Shown here: positions 28,465 through 42,582 of the stretch, piece by piece
Position numbering within the stretch: the stretch's first letter is position 1
Layout: each line of letters begins with the position of its first letter
Origin: Diadema antillarum
Lineage: Eukaryota
Reading direction: 5' to 3'
DNA length: 64,000 nt
NCBI RefSeq assembly: GCF_040938485.1
Contig: NW_027270992.1
Span: 5,890,001 to 5,954,000, forward strand
Position numbers and translations under genes: made by a program
Notes under the pieces: model-generated
Told to the model about the DNA's origin: nothing
The model's input: only the letters and a program-made list of their open reading frames with translations
Databases searched by the model: none

Positions 28465-29287
28465 TTTGTTGTGTCATAGTGCTGAAATGTTCCCCCCAAA
28501 AGAGTTCAGCAAAGTTTTCAAGCCACAAACTGTTGTACCACCACCATCCACCCCCCCCCCCCCCCGAAAAAAATAACAATAATAATAATGATTTCAAAGA
28601 AGTCTTGTCATTCTTGGTTGCTCGTTCATGCTCAAAAGACTGTAAGTCAACGGCTGATCACTTCCATTCATAACGTTTCCTGATTTGTGGCATGTTTGCC
28701 ATGCCGTGACCTTCACCGTGGCTTTGACTGTAATCAGAAACAGGAATGACCCTAGCTCTCCCAGCAGAACTCGAAGAGGGTGAAAAGGGCATGATGGAGC
28801 AATGTTAAACAAGAATGTGCACTTTTGGGTGTTTTGAGGAAATGCTGTTTGGTAAAGAAATCACTGTACTCTTGGAAGTAGAGACATGGTATAACAACAA
28901 AGAGAAATAACAAGGAGATGATTGACAGCACCAATAAGCCTCAAACCACAAAGAGAACCCCCAAATCGCTTGAATTTAGGGTCTACACAAAGACGAGGGT
29001 TCATCAAACATTTTTGACAGAAACAAAAATCAAATTGATATTCATTCCTCATACATTTCTTGAAAGGAGCTTACGTATTACTGTCACCTACAAAATCAAG
29101 GTTTAGGCCGATTTGGATAATTCACTGTCATACTCATAGAAAATAGAAATTCTTTTCTAAGGGCCTCATAATTTTGAAGGACTAATCGGAGATTGGGTTG
29201 GTATAATAGCACTATGACAGGTTTCAACTTTGTGAGATACCTACAGCTCTTGTTAACTTATGGGATATTAAAAGACTCAAGCATGAC

Positions 29288-29663
29288 NNNNNNNNNNNNN
29301 NNNNNNNNNNNNNNNNNNNNNNNNNNNNNNNNNNNNNNNNNNNNNNNNNNNNNNNNNNNNNNNNNNNNNNNNNNNNNNNNNNNNNNNNNNNNNNNNNNNN
29401 NNNNNNNNNNNNNNNNNNNNNNNNNNNNNNNNNNNNNNNNNNNNNNNNNNNNNNNNNNNNNNNNNNNNNNNNNNNNNNNNNNNNNNNNNNNNNNNNNNNN
29501 NNNNNNNNNNNNNNNNNNNNNNNNNNNNNNNNNNNNNNNNNNNNNNNNNNNNNNNNNNNNNNNNNNNNNNNNNNNNNNNNNNNNNNNNNNNNNNNNNNNN
29601 NNNNNNNNNNNNNNNNNNNNNNNNNNNNNNNNNNNNNNNNNNNNNNNNNNNNNNNNNNNNNNN
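29288..29663. other. Assembly gap (N run)
   Basis: Ns in the sequence. Confidence 1.
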
Positions 29664-29947
29664 ATACGGGAAGGGAAGTGGGGTAGAGAGAGTAAGCAGA
29701 GACACTATGCTGGAACATAACGATCTGATTTTGTGTACCGCGTCTGTCACCACATGGGTACTTTTCTCATTGGGGGGAGGGGAAGGGGGGAGGAGGGGAA
29801 TGAAATATGGGGGCATAGGGGAGAGGGTATGCAGGGTATTTCAGTATTTCATCCATTGTTGACCTCTGCCATTGATAGCCAGTCAGCCTTCTGCCTAGCC
29901 CAAAATCATATCCACCATCAAACCTCAGTGTATATTTTTTTCCACAG

Positions 29948-30151
29948 GACCTGCGTCACACTAGAGAGTCAACATCGGTGCAAGCTGTCCTGGGATGCCC
30001 ATGGCCACTACAAAAATAAACCCAAAAGTTTCAGCACTTGACAGCTGGCTTGACTTATGGTCCGCCCTCCCACAAAATGTCCCTGTGCGGAAACTTGAAT
30101 ATATGCTCCATAACTTGGTATTGGGTCTCGATGTTAGCGAATCCCCTTGTG
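29948..30151 (+). other. Candidate plus-strand exon (204 nt) of an unidentified transcript
   Basis: atatttttttccacag|GAC ... CCTTGTG|gtgagt; an ATG at 29995 opens a frame that reaches the donor. Confidence 0.3.
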
Positions 30152-32488
30152 GTGAGTACTCGGGGACTCCCATGCCAGTAGGAAGTGGCGTGGTATAAAC
30201 TTTCACAGTTGCCATGACAACCAACATTCCTCGAATCATTTCCACATGTCTCATCCGCTTCCTTCCAAAGCTGCCATCTCCACTCTGAACATCAATCCAC
30301 ATCAAAATGCTCATCCCTCCACACCAGAACATGAACCTCAACTTGAAAGCCTTCAATCAAATCAGGAAGAGCTTCTCACATTCTTGATCTTCATCTCCCC
30401 TCCTGCAACATCTCATCACATGAGACCCAACTTTTAGATGATTTCCGTTAGTGTGCTGCTAGACCAGAGCTGAGCTAAAATGCATCAGCAATCCCCTTCA
30501 AGATAAACAAATTTGGACCTCAAGGCCTTAATTGGCTGAATATTTATGAGAAAATCACATCAGACTGAACCCCCCTCTCCCTGGAAAAATAAAGCCTTAA
30601 TTTGCAAAAATGGCATTGTATATTTGTGTATATGGGGGGGGGGGGGGCAGTAGTGACTCAAAAAGATAATTCCACTCTTTCGCTCTCTCAGAAATGAGTC
30701 ATGGTTAATGACTATTACTACACAGCATGTAAATTAGTCCCTTTGGCCAGACATGACACAGGGACTCCATTCCATGCTAATATTTGACATTGCCTAAAAG
30801 CGTACAGTCTGACAATACAGTCAAGTTTCATTAACAATTGAACCACAGTGTCCGATTCAAGAGACCAACTATAAAGCTTCATATGTTTTTATAACACACT
30901 ACTATTATCATCATAAAGGCAAAGTGAATGAGGCAATGATATTCAAGCCCACAACTCTCCTACTGGCTTGGTTATAGGTATTATCACATGATTGTATTAT
31001 GGGTAAATAATTTAATCAACTAGTCAAAAAAAAATCATATCATCTTCACTTTGTCATTAGATCTTCAATTTGCATCCATCTAAACCTATGGAAATTTCAT
31101 GACCCTTGTCTGCAAATGCAATGGTTGAGAGTTCTGACTGTTCTAATGGCTAGTGTTTCCTGAAAGAGATCCACCCCCATCCCCTTCTCACATACCATTC
31201 ATGTTGTTCCACGCAATGCAACGTAAGTCCATTCATGGCTGATGTATGACAGCGACTACATTAATCACAATGAAGGGAGATCATTTTGACGTGATGCGCC
31301 TATACGTGGATCATGGGTGTTTATGCATACACACACTATGCATGTCTTGCCTCCTACTAAAAATAAACCATTGTACACAATGCATAAACAATGACGCTCC
31401 TCATGGACACATCAAAGCTCGTTTCTTCCCCCTTTTGTTATTTTTTTTGGGGGGGGAATGGAGGGGCTACAAATCACTACACTGAGCTTGTGTTTGCACT
31501 TAGCGTTTACATTATTCCAGCTGAGACTCGTGTGTAAAGTTTCATTGTCATGTAATATTCACTAGAAACTTCAAGAGTTTTGTGTAAATTTTGCAATGAT
31601 TTAACTTTCAATGTGCGGCACTTCTTACACACCACCTGCAACATGAACTTCAGATGATAATGACCAGATCAGGTTGCTACTCCAAAAGCTGCTGCCACGC
31701 CTCCACTCAAACACAACTACTAAATGGCATAAGCTATCAACTTTTGCACATGGGGAAACTGACCGTGGAAAACATTTATGATCATAAGATCCATGATCAT
31801 ACACATGTACAAAGTGAAAAGGAAAAGAAATGCAGCACGACGTTAGAGTGAGTAAATACAACAAGCGCAAGACACCATACTGTGACAGCCAATAGGAAGG
31901 ACAATATCATTATCAACTCAATATCAAGCTGGATATGAGAGCAAAGATGTCACAAATGTTGGTGCATACAATCAAATCTAATTTTGATGGGTTAGGCCTA
32001 CTTCATTCCTCATCAGATATTGAACAGACCCCCCATCTTCCAGATTTGGGCTTTGTTGTGCAATTTACATCCATCCCGCCGTAATGGCTAATTACGAACT
32101 GGAACGTCAATAAATCAATCAGTGTTTTCTCAGTGACGTAGATCGCTGACCTCCTGCAGCCAGACTCAATTCATGGTCCTCACATGTAAGTGTACCACAC
32201 ACATCGGTGCTGATGCGGTTTTGTACCCCCTAAAGTAAAGAAACGTCATCTCATACATCATTCTGCATATGCGTACTTCATATGTGTGGCATATAAAAAA
32301 GGAGTATGAAACTGCGTACGTACTCATACATCTAGTCTATGCTGCTAGTTGTGGAATCATAACGATGATATTCATATAATAAATTAGCTCCAATTTAAAA
32401 AACATCAGTATCAAGGCCAGTATTGAATTGAGTCACAAACCCTCTATACCATTTATGTGACAAGTGCGGAAATTTAGCCCCATCTTAC

Positions 32489-33250
32489 CCACCAGAAGTC
32501 TCCTTTTCTTGGCTGGATGACACCACTAAGCCTTTTATATCCACATGGCACACACAGCTGGCTGAGACTAGACACGAGGATAGAGTATTGAAGCCTTCAC
32601 TGAAATATTCCAGAGCGAGGGAGTTCGAAATCCACCCGAACAAAAAGAATGAACAAATGGCACAAGTCAAACCAGCTGAAAACTCGGGGCAGCAAATCTT
32701 GGGCGAGGGGGGTTTACAGGGTGTATAATTCCAACACTGGCAGCTTCTAGCTAGCTTCTCCCCCCCTTGATCCCTCCCTGAGATGCAATGTCACAGAGAA
32801 ATGTCCGCCCGCTGGAGAACAGACGGACCGCCACAGCAGAGTAGAGCAGGGCTAAGCCGGTGACTAGCTACTGTGGACAAGAGATGGTAGATGGATAGAA
32901 GCAGGCAACCATGCATACTCCTACACAGTGAGAGGACTTTCTAGAGAGAGAGAGAGAGATGGAGAGAAAGCATGTCACTCTGCAAGATCCCTCCCTGTTC
33001 TCCACTCACGCTCTCTCGCGGATCGCTCTCTTGCCTGGCAACGACTCTTCCCACTCCCATCACATCACCCCCCAGTCTTCAATATGATCCTCTGGCACAA
33101 ATGCATCCCCAACTCCACGTAGTCTTCAAACACAGACCCCATTCTCTCTTCCTCCTCTCATCCCTCCTCCATTATGCTGCATTATATGCTTGCATCATCC
33201 TCGCTCCTTCATGAAGAAAGAGCCAGGGGCATCAAATTCAATCAATTTCG
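32489..33250 (-). promoter_or_regulatory. Candidate promoter and first (5'UTR) exon, minus strand
   Basis: GC-rich block with (GA)n at about 32945 and a strong donor ctggtgg|gtaagatg at 32489. Confidence 0.4.
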
Positions 33251-35326
33251 TATCAAAGCACCATGCGCCTTCAACTGTAACATGTGCACTATTTTTTACA
33301 GTAACGAATGTGTTTCAACATCAACAAGCACTCTTCTTTTTTTGTTTGTGAGATAGCATTTTTTCCATCATATCGTTGTCTGCTCATGGGTCGTTCATGA
33401 ATAATTGATGATGATAGAGGAACATTCAAATATAGCTCCTGTCACTTTGGTCATGTCTAAATTTTTCCGGAATGATCAAAACATGTCTATCACTTGTGGT
33501 GTAGTGGCAACGCAGCTTTCACACACATTATTGTGAGGCCCACAAAGTCAGATAGAGTCTAATTTCATTAGGGGCATGGCAGTTTGAATTAGAAAATGAA
33601 TAAATTCTGTTATGCCTGTAATTTGATTGACTCGTTGGATGATGTTGCACCCCCCCCCCCCCCCCCCCCCCAAAGCGGGACTGTACTATCTATCTTTCTA
33701 TCTGCTTCAATAGCTGGCATGTTCATGATAAGCATTAATGCCTTTATCAGCCTACCCATGAATTCCGCTGTGAGGGTAGGCATTCCTCGGTACTAATGGT
33801 AGGGTATCCTGTACACCAACTACTTCTGATGTGGGATTCACATTTATGGGAACTAGCAGAATACAATCTCAAGATTTGCATTGGGATTGAAATTTCAAGA
33901 TTTTTGCCTGTGTGGACCCAAATATCCCACCAATTATTTGCAAATCAGCATTCCCATGCAAATCCCAAGATATCTTGTGCTTATTCCTGAATTATCGCGA
34001 TAATTCGCCCCGCTGTGTTTGTGTGAACGCTGGACCAAATAATCCTGAGATTTTACGTTCTAATATTCAGAGCGCACATCACATTAGCGTGTGCAGCACA
34101 ACAGCAGTGTGAGCACCATGTCACAAAAACAAAGGGCAAAGAGAAGCGCACACAGTGAAGTATGCTGTGTGTGTCAATTAGCTGGATACTTCTCTCCAAG
34201 TGAGCGCTTACAAAATATCCAGAGATATAAATTGCGATTGTTATCCCACTACTTTGTACATGTGAATGTGGTTATTGTATCTTTCTGACTTAAATGCTCA
34301 CGACATAATTTTTCCTTCACGATCCTCAACAGAGGAATTCCATACCCTGTTTCCTGTTTTCTGGTTAAGAATTCGTTTAGTAACCAAAAAAAATATGCTG
34401 TCAATTATGTTGTTGTCGTTGTTGAGACAAATAACAGCAGGATGGGGTGTGATCATGTAACATAAGAGAGAAAACTGTTTGGCTTTTTTTTTTTTTTTTG
34501 AACTTCATGGTGCATATCAGGTAGCCTAATCATTTGGAATGTAAAGGATGTCTCCCATCACAATGCAACATTTACATGACAACAGAACCCCATGTCCCTG
34601 GCTCATCAAATAAAAAATTTCTGAACAATGGGTCACACAAAGGGAGCAAATGGAAAGAGTTGACCCTGAAAGACAGACAGAGAGATATGCAACCTAACAA
34701 AGGAGAGCAACACCAAAGTGACTCGACAGTGACATCTTAGTTGACATTTTGTATGAGAATGATGACACGACATCTTCGAATGTTTATCTTAAAATTTCAG
34801 CTATAACACATTTCTCTACCCCCCCCCCACATTGTGCATGGGAACGTTTGTACGTGGTATGGATGCCAATCAGCTCAATGGAGCAGCCTCAATAAGATTA
34901 TCATAGATTCTTGAAATACAAAAAAAAAAATCAATCAAACATGAAAATGGAGCTTTTTTCATGGTACCATTAAACAGAAATTGCTGAATTACCTTGTATT
35001 TCAATCATGATTCAATAGGCTGTGAAACCTGATGTAGTGTTTTTGGTCACCAGACCCCGTCAAATCTGAAGTTGGTTTCAATTCAAGAATCAGACATGGA
35101 AATTGGAATAATTCTAGGTCCTGTAGGATGGTTTCTTGTAAACATACTCCAGAAACCTGGCTTTATAAACCCTTGCTAGGAAATTTCAGCTTCTGATGGT
35201 TGTCATGCAATGTTTATTGTTCAAGAGCTTCTACCATGATTAGGCATGTTATAAGTATAATTTGAGATGGTTAAGCATGAAACTGTATTAAACATGTGCT
35301 TGCACTTGTTTCAAACAAAACGTACG

Positions 35327-35539
35327 TACTGCAAATCCAGAAACATTGGTGGGGATGAAACTTTCACAAACTGGAGCCAATAGCTCTTTTTGCAACGTGA
35401 AATACGACTTGCCACTGACATTCAATGCATTGTATAGATGAGAATTTTCGCATGCATTTTACTTTTGCAAATTTTGGTTACACAAGAAAATCATGAAAGT
35501 TTCACGTAGGCCTATGTGAATATTTCTGGTTTTACAGTT
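35327..35539. mobile_element. Older, CpG-decayed relative of the TA-flanked MITE
   Basis: TACTGCAAATCCAGAAA ... TTTCTGGTTTTACAGT; length similar to 37654-37864, with internal GCATTTTACTTTTGCAAATTT similarity. Confidence 0.55.
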
Positions 35540-37653
35540 CTGCGCTACAAACTTGGATGAGAAGTGTCTGAACAGAGACTAGCTCTGGTGAGAAATCTGA
35601 GCCTAGAACATTTCCCTAGCAGTAACTGATGCGGCAATATGCTGCAAATCGTAATGGGTCGTCCGTGTCGTATCACAAATCGCAATGCAGGCCAAGCAGG
35701 TGCATTGTGTATTGAGGGGAGCTGTGTGTTTGTGAGTTTGTGTGTGTGTGTGATGTGTTTATGTGAGTGTGTGTTTGTGAGTACCACATTCCAAGCAATA
35801 TGACTCATGCTCCATGATGGACCAACTTGAAACTGAAGTCTCCAGGCTCCCTGGAACAAAGAGACGACTGTCCTACTCCCACGACACATCTCACCGTCTC
35901 CATTGCTACCTTTAGAATGTTTTGCAAGAAGGCCGCTGGTGCCAGCCAGAGCTGTTCACGGAGGAGCAAGAAGGCCGTATCATTGCAACATCAGAGACTC
36001 ATTCAGTGGGAGAATTCACACCACTGTGACAAGTGACAAAAAAACTCTTCTGTATCAGCACGGAGGTGACCTCCCTGGTATCAGTAATCATTCCAACATT
36101 TGGTGTATTACATTTCAATACTTTGAACCCTTTAAAAAGAAAGTACGCTCTTAAAAATAATATATCTTCTTGATTTCTCATTGATATGGTGGAAAGTGCT
36201 GAAGACACAATCATCAAGTATCAGAACTTTCATGGGAATATTTATTTTTCCGAAGAATAAGACATCACACGATGCTTTTATTCAAATCCTTTCTATGGCT
36301 TCCAGTACAGTATATTTGGTCTTCTTGCATAATATATTCTGAAATAAACATTGGCAGGCCCCTACAGCTTCACAACTGATACCACAGTCTTATTTTTATT
36401 GCCACAAAATTATGACTTAAGACATTTTGGCTCTAACAAGGTCATAAAACACATAGCTGGGCCGCTGGGTACAAGGCTACCCTTGTTCCTAAAGGTCCAT
36501 CTCTTTAAGGTTTGCACTTGCCCAGGGAGTGATGGATGATCACAACTGTTCTTGTTCACCCACACTACAGAACATAACTGAGGGAGAGATGTATCATCAT
36601 AGGACTATGTTATCTTGGCCCTACAGTGGGGTGGGGGAGGGGGATGGGGGGGGGGAGGGGAGGGGGAGGGGTTCTTAGAATAACTCTCTTATTCATCTAA
36701 AGGATACAAATATCCTTCTTGCATTTTTTCTTTCTTTGATTTTTTTTTGTGTTGGTCATTGTGAGGAAACATCAAACTCATCCTATTTCAGTTTTACTAT
36801 GATATTCTCTGAATTAGAATAGTTTGATCTGGTCACATTGAAACACGATGTGCCAATAGTGACCATTACTGCTATTTCTTTTTCTTCTTTTTTTTTTTGG
36901 GGGGGGGGGGGATAAGGAGTGGAATCTGACAACTAAAGCTGTTAACAACCAAGTCTCTTTCAGCAGACTTCCAAATAAAGTCCCATCATCCATGACAAAA
37001 AAAAAGCAGGGCTGACTTCATAAATCTCTCTGAAATACGTAAGTGTGGTCAAATAGCTGGCAAGTTTATTCTCTCGAACCACATCCACTCCCTCCAACAC
37101 AGTGTACTGGAGCTGACTGTGGGGTGAAAGGGATTGTATATTAAACAATTCACCTGCATAAGCCACATTTATATCGTGATAGACCACACATATTTCAGAA
37201 ATAGTTTTGAGGGTCTACCAGACTCCTTACTGGTTGCAAATCTCTACCCTGACAATCTTGTTTCAACATCAGCGTTTTCTTACAAAGAAGACTTGGGCTC
37301 ATTAGATATACTCAGAGTACCTTACTGATACATTGGGCAGCCATAAGTAAAAGATCTATCTATCTCTCTTTCTATATATATATATATATTCCACCCATTT
37401 CCTTGTACTTGCTTAAATGTTGAAGACATCCTCAGTAAAATGCCAAATCCAAATCCACCCCAACTTACTGATGCATTATCGGCAGAAACAAAAGAAGATT
37501 TAGTATTCCTTGAAACTTTCCCTTGCTTTGTCTTAGAATGTTTGTGTGTTCCAATGAACACTATTATTGAAATGTCTGGTGGTATTATCTACAAAACAAT
37601 TTATCACTGGAAGCCATAAAGGAGCCCAATGGAACAAAAGGATCTCACCTCCA

Positions 37654-37864
37654 TACTGTAAAACAAGGAATGTTCGCGTGCATTTTAATTTCGCGAATTT
37701 CGCGAGCGCCAAGATTCGCGAAATTAAAATGCACGCGAAATTTCTTATCTACACTATATGCATTGAACGCAAGTGGCAATTCGCGAAAATTTCTTCCCAC
37801 GAAAAAGGCCGTCGGCTCCAATTCGCGAAAATTTCGTGCTGCGAATATATCTTGTTTTACAGTA
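37654..37864. mobile_element. TA-flanked MITE (TA|CTGTAAAACA...TGTTTTACAG|TA) with TTCGCGAA motifs; well-preserved copy
   Basis: TIRs, TA TSD, and an internal 23-bp perfect inverted repeat (37676-37698 / 37714-37736); CpGs are intact. Confidence 0.85.
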
Positions 37865-38369
37865 TTCCACAGTAGGAAAGCTTTTAGATGACTGGTATAA
37901 CAGCATCATATTTGAACATTCCATCCATTGAAATGTTTGTTTCAATCTGATTACAAATGAATATGAATGATTACACATATTTACATCATGATATTTGTTT
38001 AGGGATCATTTTCAATAAGCCTACTTTGTGCTTCTCATGGTTCCACCACTATCATATTTGATACCACACACATTTGTTTGTCTGTTTGTTTTTTATGTAA
38101 ATTTTGTAAACCAATTATGAAAGTGGAAATAAATGAAGTGAAATGAAATGAAATGAATATTGCATGTTCTTCGCCTGGCCGACTGTTGACACATTGCTAA
38201 TAGTGAAACAAATTCATATGGACAAAAAAATAAATAAAAAGGGGGGCAAGCAGAATACTTGTAAACATGTTTTTATTTTCGCCTAGGTATCAGCCTGTAA
38301 GATATGCACAACGACTTTCCATACTGCAAAAGAAAATACAAAATCCATGCTGATGGTCCCTTGGTGTGT

Positions 38370-38385
38370 ACATGTGCGTGCGTGC

Positions 38386-38420
<35 letters not shown>

Positions 38421-38430
38421 TGTGTGCATA
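38370..38430. repeat. (GCGT)n/(GT)n microsatellite
   Basis: Direct reading. Confidence 0.9.
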
Positions 38431-38539
38431 TGTATATGACCACACAAATTGTAACATCAAAAACTGGTGGACACACAACAATTGATGCGCGATATACTTA
38501 TAATGTCTATCTCCTCCACATGACATGGCAGCAAAGAGA

Positions 38540-38690
38540 AGCCACCTCTGACGTCGAGCCAGTCATCTGCCATATTGCAACCTCCGTATAATTGGCCTCC
38601 TCGCACAGAGCAATCCAATGTAATTAGCCACCATTAATTAAATTGCACTGGCTGGCTCCTAACCTCGGTGTAATTAAATGAGGATGTTAT
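38540..38690. promoter_or_regulatory. Homeodomain-site-rich candidate enhancer
   Basis: TAATTG, TAATTA x3, TGACGTC and an E-box within about 150 bp of non-repetitive DNA. Confidence 0.35.
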
Positions 38691-39886
38691 AACCAAAACA
38701 CAGGAGGACAACATTACAACTTCAAGGCTATGGCTGTCCGACGAACAATACATGCTCTCTGAAAACACATTTTACCATGTCTCATTAAAATCTATAAGAC
38801 ATGCACCAAAATCGGTACCTACATTAATTCATCATGCAAGACAACAGAGTCACAAATGATGACAGCTATAAAATGCTCAAGCAGAAACTTTGGTAATTAA
38901 GATGTAGTTGGCGGAGTTTATTAAGCCATACTTATTTCAAGACAGATGATACAACAGCAACAACAACAAAGAAAAAAAATGTTTCCCCTCGTAAGGACGG
39001 GCAAGTAAAATGTTGCTACTTCATCAACAATGATGAGAAAATTGTAAAGTATTGGTATATTCCCACCCATTTTGGCTCATTGTTCAACCGTTTTGTATGG
39101 GTTGCATGAATTTAGTAGTACATCTTTCTATATGCTGATGCAGTTTTCTGCAGTTTTCCACAGTTTATATTGGCTCCATTTTTTTTTCATTTAAAAGATG
39201 AAAAGTCAGACTTTTAAGAGGCAATATTGCATTATCGTGTTTCACTCATTTTATCTGATCATACTGAATATTAGAAAATTGTACTGGTTGGCATCTCTGA
39301 GAATACACCTTTCTCATGCTGTGGATTTTATACAGTTATGGCTTTATACAAATTGCAGACTGTACGGCTGTTTGTGGATGGGGATCGAAAAGACCAAAGG
39401 CTACAAAATAAAGAAAGGGAACAAAATAATCCCTGTTTGAGATTCCATAAGGCAATTGCATTTACAAGTATGAATAACAAAGAAGAAATGGTGTATGTTA
39501 TGAAACAAGATGCATTGATGTCAAAGAGGTTAAACAAAGCCTGGCATACCTGTTTTAGACACATTTTCCCCCGATAATCCAAACCCGCTTATGATTCAAA
39601 ACTGAAGATGCAAGAACTGGAAGCAAAGAGAGATTCCTTGAAAAGGATAATACCCAAGAGGTAAATCCATAAATCTAGCCAAATGTCTTGAGGGGGAGAA
39701 AGAGATTGAGATAAAACAGGTTTCAGTGCATTGGACAAAAATACAAAAATTGATCCTCACAATTATGTGCACTTATGCTAAATGTATCAGCAGCTCTCTT
39801 TCAAGTTTGATTTAGAGTTTGTTTACTTATGCCACCTTCCATCAAATGCTCCTATGGCATTCTGTTTACAACCGACTTTAAACTCT

Positions 39887-40094
39887 TGTAAAAGTGGTTA
39901 TTTTCACATACGTAATTTTTTAGCACTCAGCCATGTAAGATGAGTTTGCTTCATTTCATATCCATGGAATCAAGACATCAACCACATAAACATATGGCAT
40001 GCAAAAATATTTGTGTATTTTTATTTTTGCGCTAGTTTCTTGTTGCCCGAAATGCGCAAAAATTTCAACATCGAAAAAATGTCCACTTTTACAG
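39887..40094. mobile_element. Degraded MITE with TGTAAAAGTGG...CCACTTTTACA termini
   Basis: 11-bp perfect terminal inverted repeat; interior resembles the TA-MITE superfamily (ATTTTTGCG/CGCAAAAATT). Confidence 0.5.
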
Positions 40095-41933
40095 TCCGTC
40101 AATCATACAGAATTTATTTCATGCAGTGAGTTGCTCTATTTATTTTTGTTTATAAAAGCGAGCACAGTGAAACTCACACATAATGATACTAACATGCTTG
40201 GCATCTCAAAAAAAAATCCCAAACGAATGACACAACAATTAAAAAAAACCCACAAACACTTCTTTTCTCATTTTTACACATCTATGTAAACCACATGATG
40301 CTGGTTCTTGCAAGATACATGGCCTGTGTAGCATTCATTGGTGATGCATACATTCAATCTAGCTTCAAAGGCCCTATCAAAACTTTAGATTCAATGAGAT
40401 TTACAACAAATCTAATCCATCAAGGTCTCAGTATTATAACCCTGCACTCTTGACTCACTAAGCCAGATTAAGCGGGACAAAAATCTTGTTAGAATCCCTT
40501 TATCCTAAGGACATGTTTTGCATACTGTGGGACTTATCGCCAAGTTATCTTCACCTTATAGCATTTTGATCTGTTTCCTTCATGTCTTTCTATTTTTGTT
40601 TTCAGTTGCGACTGGCTGAACAAATTGAAACCCTGGTTCCTGAAGGCATAAGATCAATGATAGTCAGAACACAGCATGCAAAATTGGAAAAACATATTTT
40701 TTAATACTGTGTGTGTTTCATATTAGCCCGTTCAACTAACATTTTGCATATATACCACATTGCATTTGAATAAAGCACATTAAAGAGCAAAGCTATTCAA
40801 ATGACGTATCAATTGGTTGAAACACAGAATCTAAATGAAACCGGGTAAATGCATAAAATGTATCATTTGTTGTGTTGCTTTGAGGCATCAACTTAGATTT
40901 ACAAACTGCATGATGACGTTTGATGTGAGCATAATATGGGGGGGGGGGGGAGGGGTGGTTTCTGTGCAGATTACTTTACATTTCTGATGTCAATGCCAGC
41001 ATAGAGAGAGCTATCATAAGGGAGAGCTAGCACTCAGCGGATATAGGCACATGAATAACATAGCAGGATGGATTCCCGGCCGGACGGTCTGCGATGCTTC
41101 GAAGTGGGTTAGTTGATGTCTCATGCCTCGTTATGATGCATGGTCATCCACTTTCTCACACTCGCTGGAGCGCATTGCCGGCAGGGCCTATGGTGCGCTC
41201 TCGTCAAGTGTCCATCGGCTACCGCCTTACACGCTTTCGTCACGAAAGTATGGGAGGCTCGACCGGGACGTGTTGGAGAGCTCCTTGTTGGATATGAGTG
41301 CTAGTGAATAATTGAAGGCTCCACGTAGCATTTCATCTTCTCTCGTTTGATTTAAATACATGGCCTCTTTCACGTAGATGGTTTGATGAACATTGTTTGT
41401 GGATCATGCCAGTGTTCTCAAGATGATATTGTGAAGTCCCAGTGGCAGAGTTTTTTTTTCCCCCCACTGATATGCTCGCCCAGAATTATTTCATAAAGTC
41501 ATTTCACACAAAAATCCATAACATCCTTTGCTGTTGCTGGAAACAATGAAATTTGGTACTTCCACTAAAAATGCCAATAACAAGCACTATGATAGCCGAA
41601 TAGAAATCAAGTACACAATTGTGTAGATAGTGCCAACAGGACTGACTCATTCTTTTCTAAAAAATCCCAGTACATAAAGAAGATGACAGGAATCTTATGT
41701 GGCATTATATAGCAAGACAGCTAAATTGCAATGTCCTAGTGTTTTCTTTTGCTTGAACCTTTTTTCCAGTTTTACTTTGGTATTTTTAAAGGTCAGTTTG
41801 CGTAGGTCTGCAGGTTATCACCCATGCTTATCCAGCTCTTTCTTTTGTTCCTTTCATCACTTTCATTCCTTTCCTATTCAGATGTCCATTTATCTATTGC
41901 ATCCCCACATCTGACTCTTGCGCAACATTCTGA

Positions 41934-42324
41934 TACCCTTTTCATAAACTCATCCTCCAATTATCCGCCTAAGAATTATGCGGACATTTCAATAAAAAAT
42001 GCGTTCACAAACTCTGAAAATTATCCGCACTTTTTTTTTTACGAGCGCCCGTCCTGAAAAAAGGCGGATAATCGTCATGGTGACTGCACATGTCCCTCCT
42101 GCGCCTAGGCTGCGGGGAAAGACAGGTGACCTTTTGACCGCACCCCCCCCCCAATTATAAGCATAACTTTGGATTTGCGTTCACAAACTCCAAATCTGGT
42201 CCCGATGCTGCTATCATGCGGATAATAGAAGCGTAGAAAAAAAGCGGATAATTCTTGCCCCGCTCCAATTTTACGACCAAATTATGCGGATATTATCCGC
42301 ATAATTGAGTTTATGAAAGGGGTA
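41934..42324. mobile_element. TA-flanked MITE with TA|CCCTTTTCATAAACTCA termini and repeated TTATCCGC/GCGGATAA and GCGTTCACAAACT motifs
   Basis: About 17-bp TIR at both ends, with multiple subterminal motifs in both orientations. Confidence 0.75.
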
Positions 42325-42582
42325 TAAGTTAGGCACTCACCCCAGCTAGTTGCCATCTTCATCCTACTACCAGCCTCACCTCCCTGATCCTACCTGCTTT
42401 CATTGGTGATTTTGGTGAATTATGTTCTAACATGTTAGTTGGTCTCCTCCATTCCATTTATCTTTAGTGGCTCATGCAGATTTCAAATTTGAATATGTAA
42501 AGTACTTTATGCAAATTATATCAATTTTGGAGAACTTTTCTCAGAGAAAGTAGCCCCAGAAAATAGCAATGCACCACAGGAC

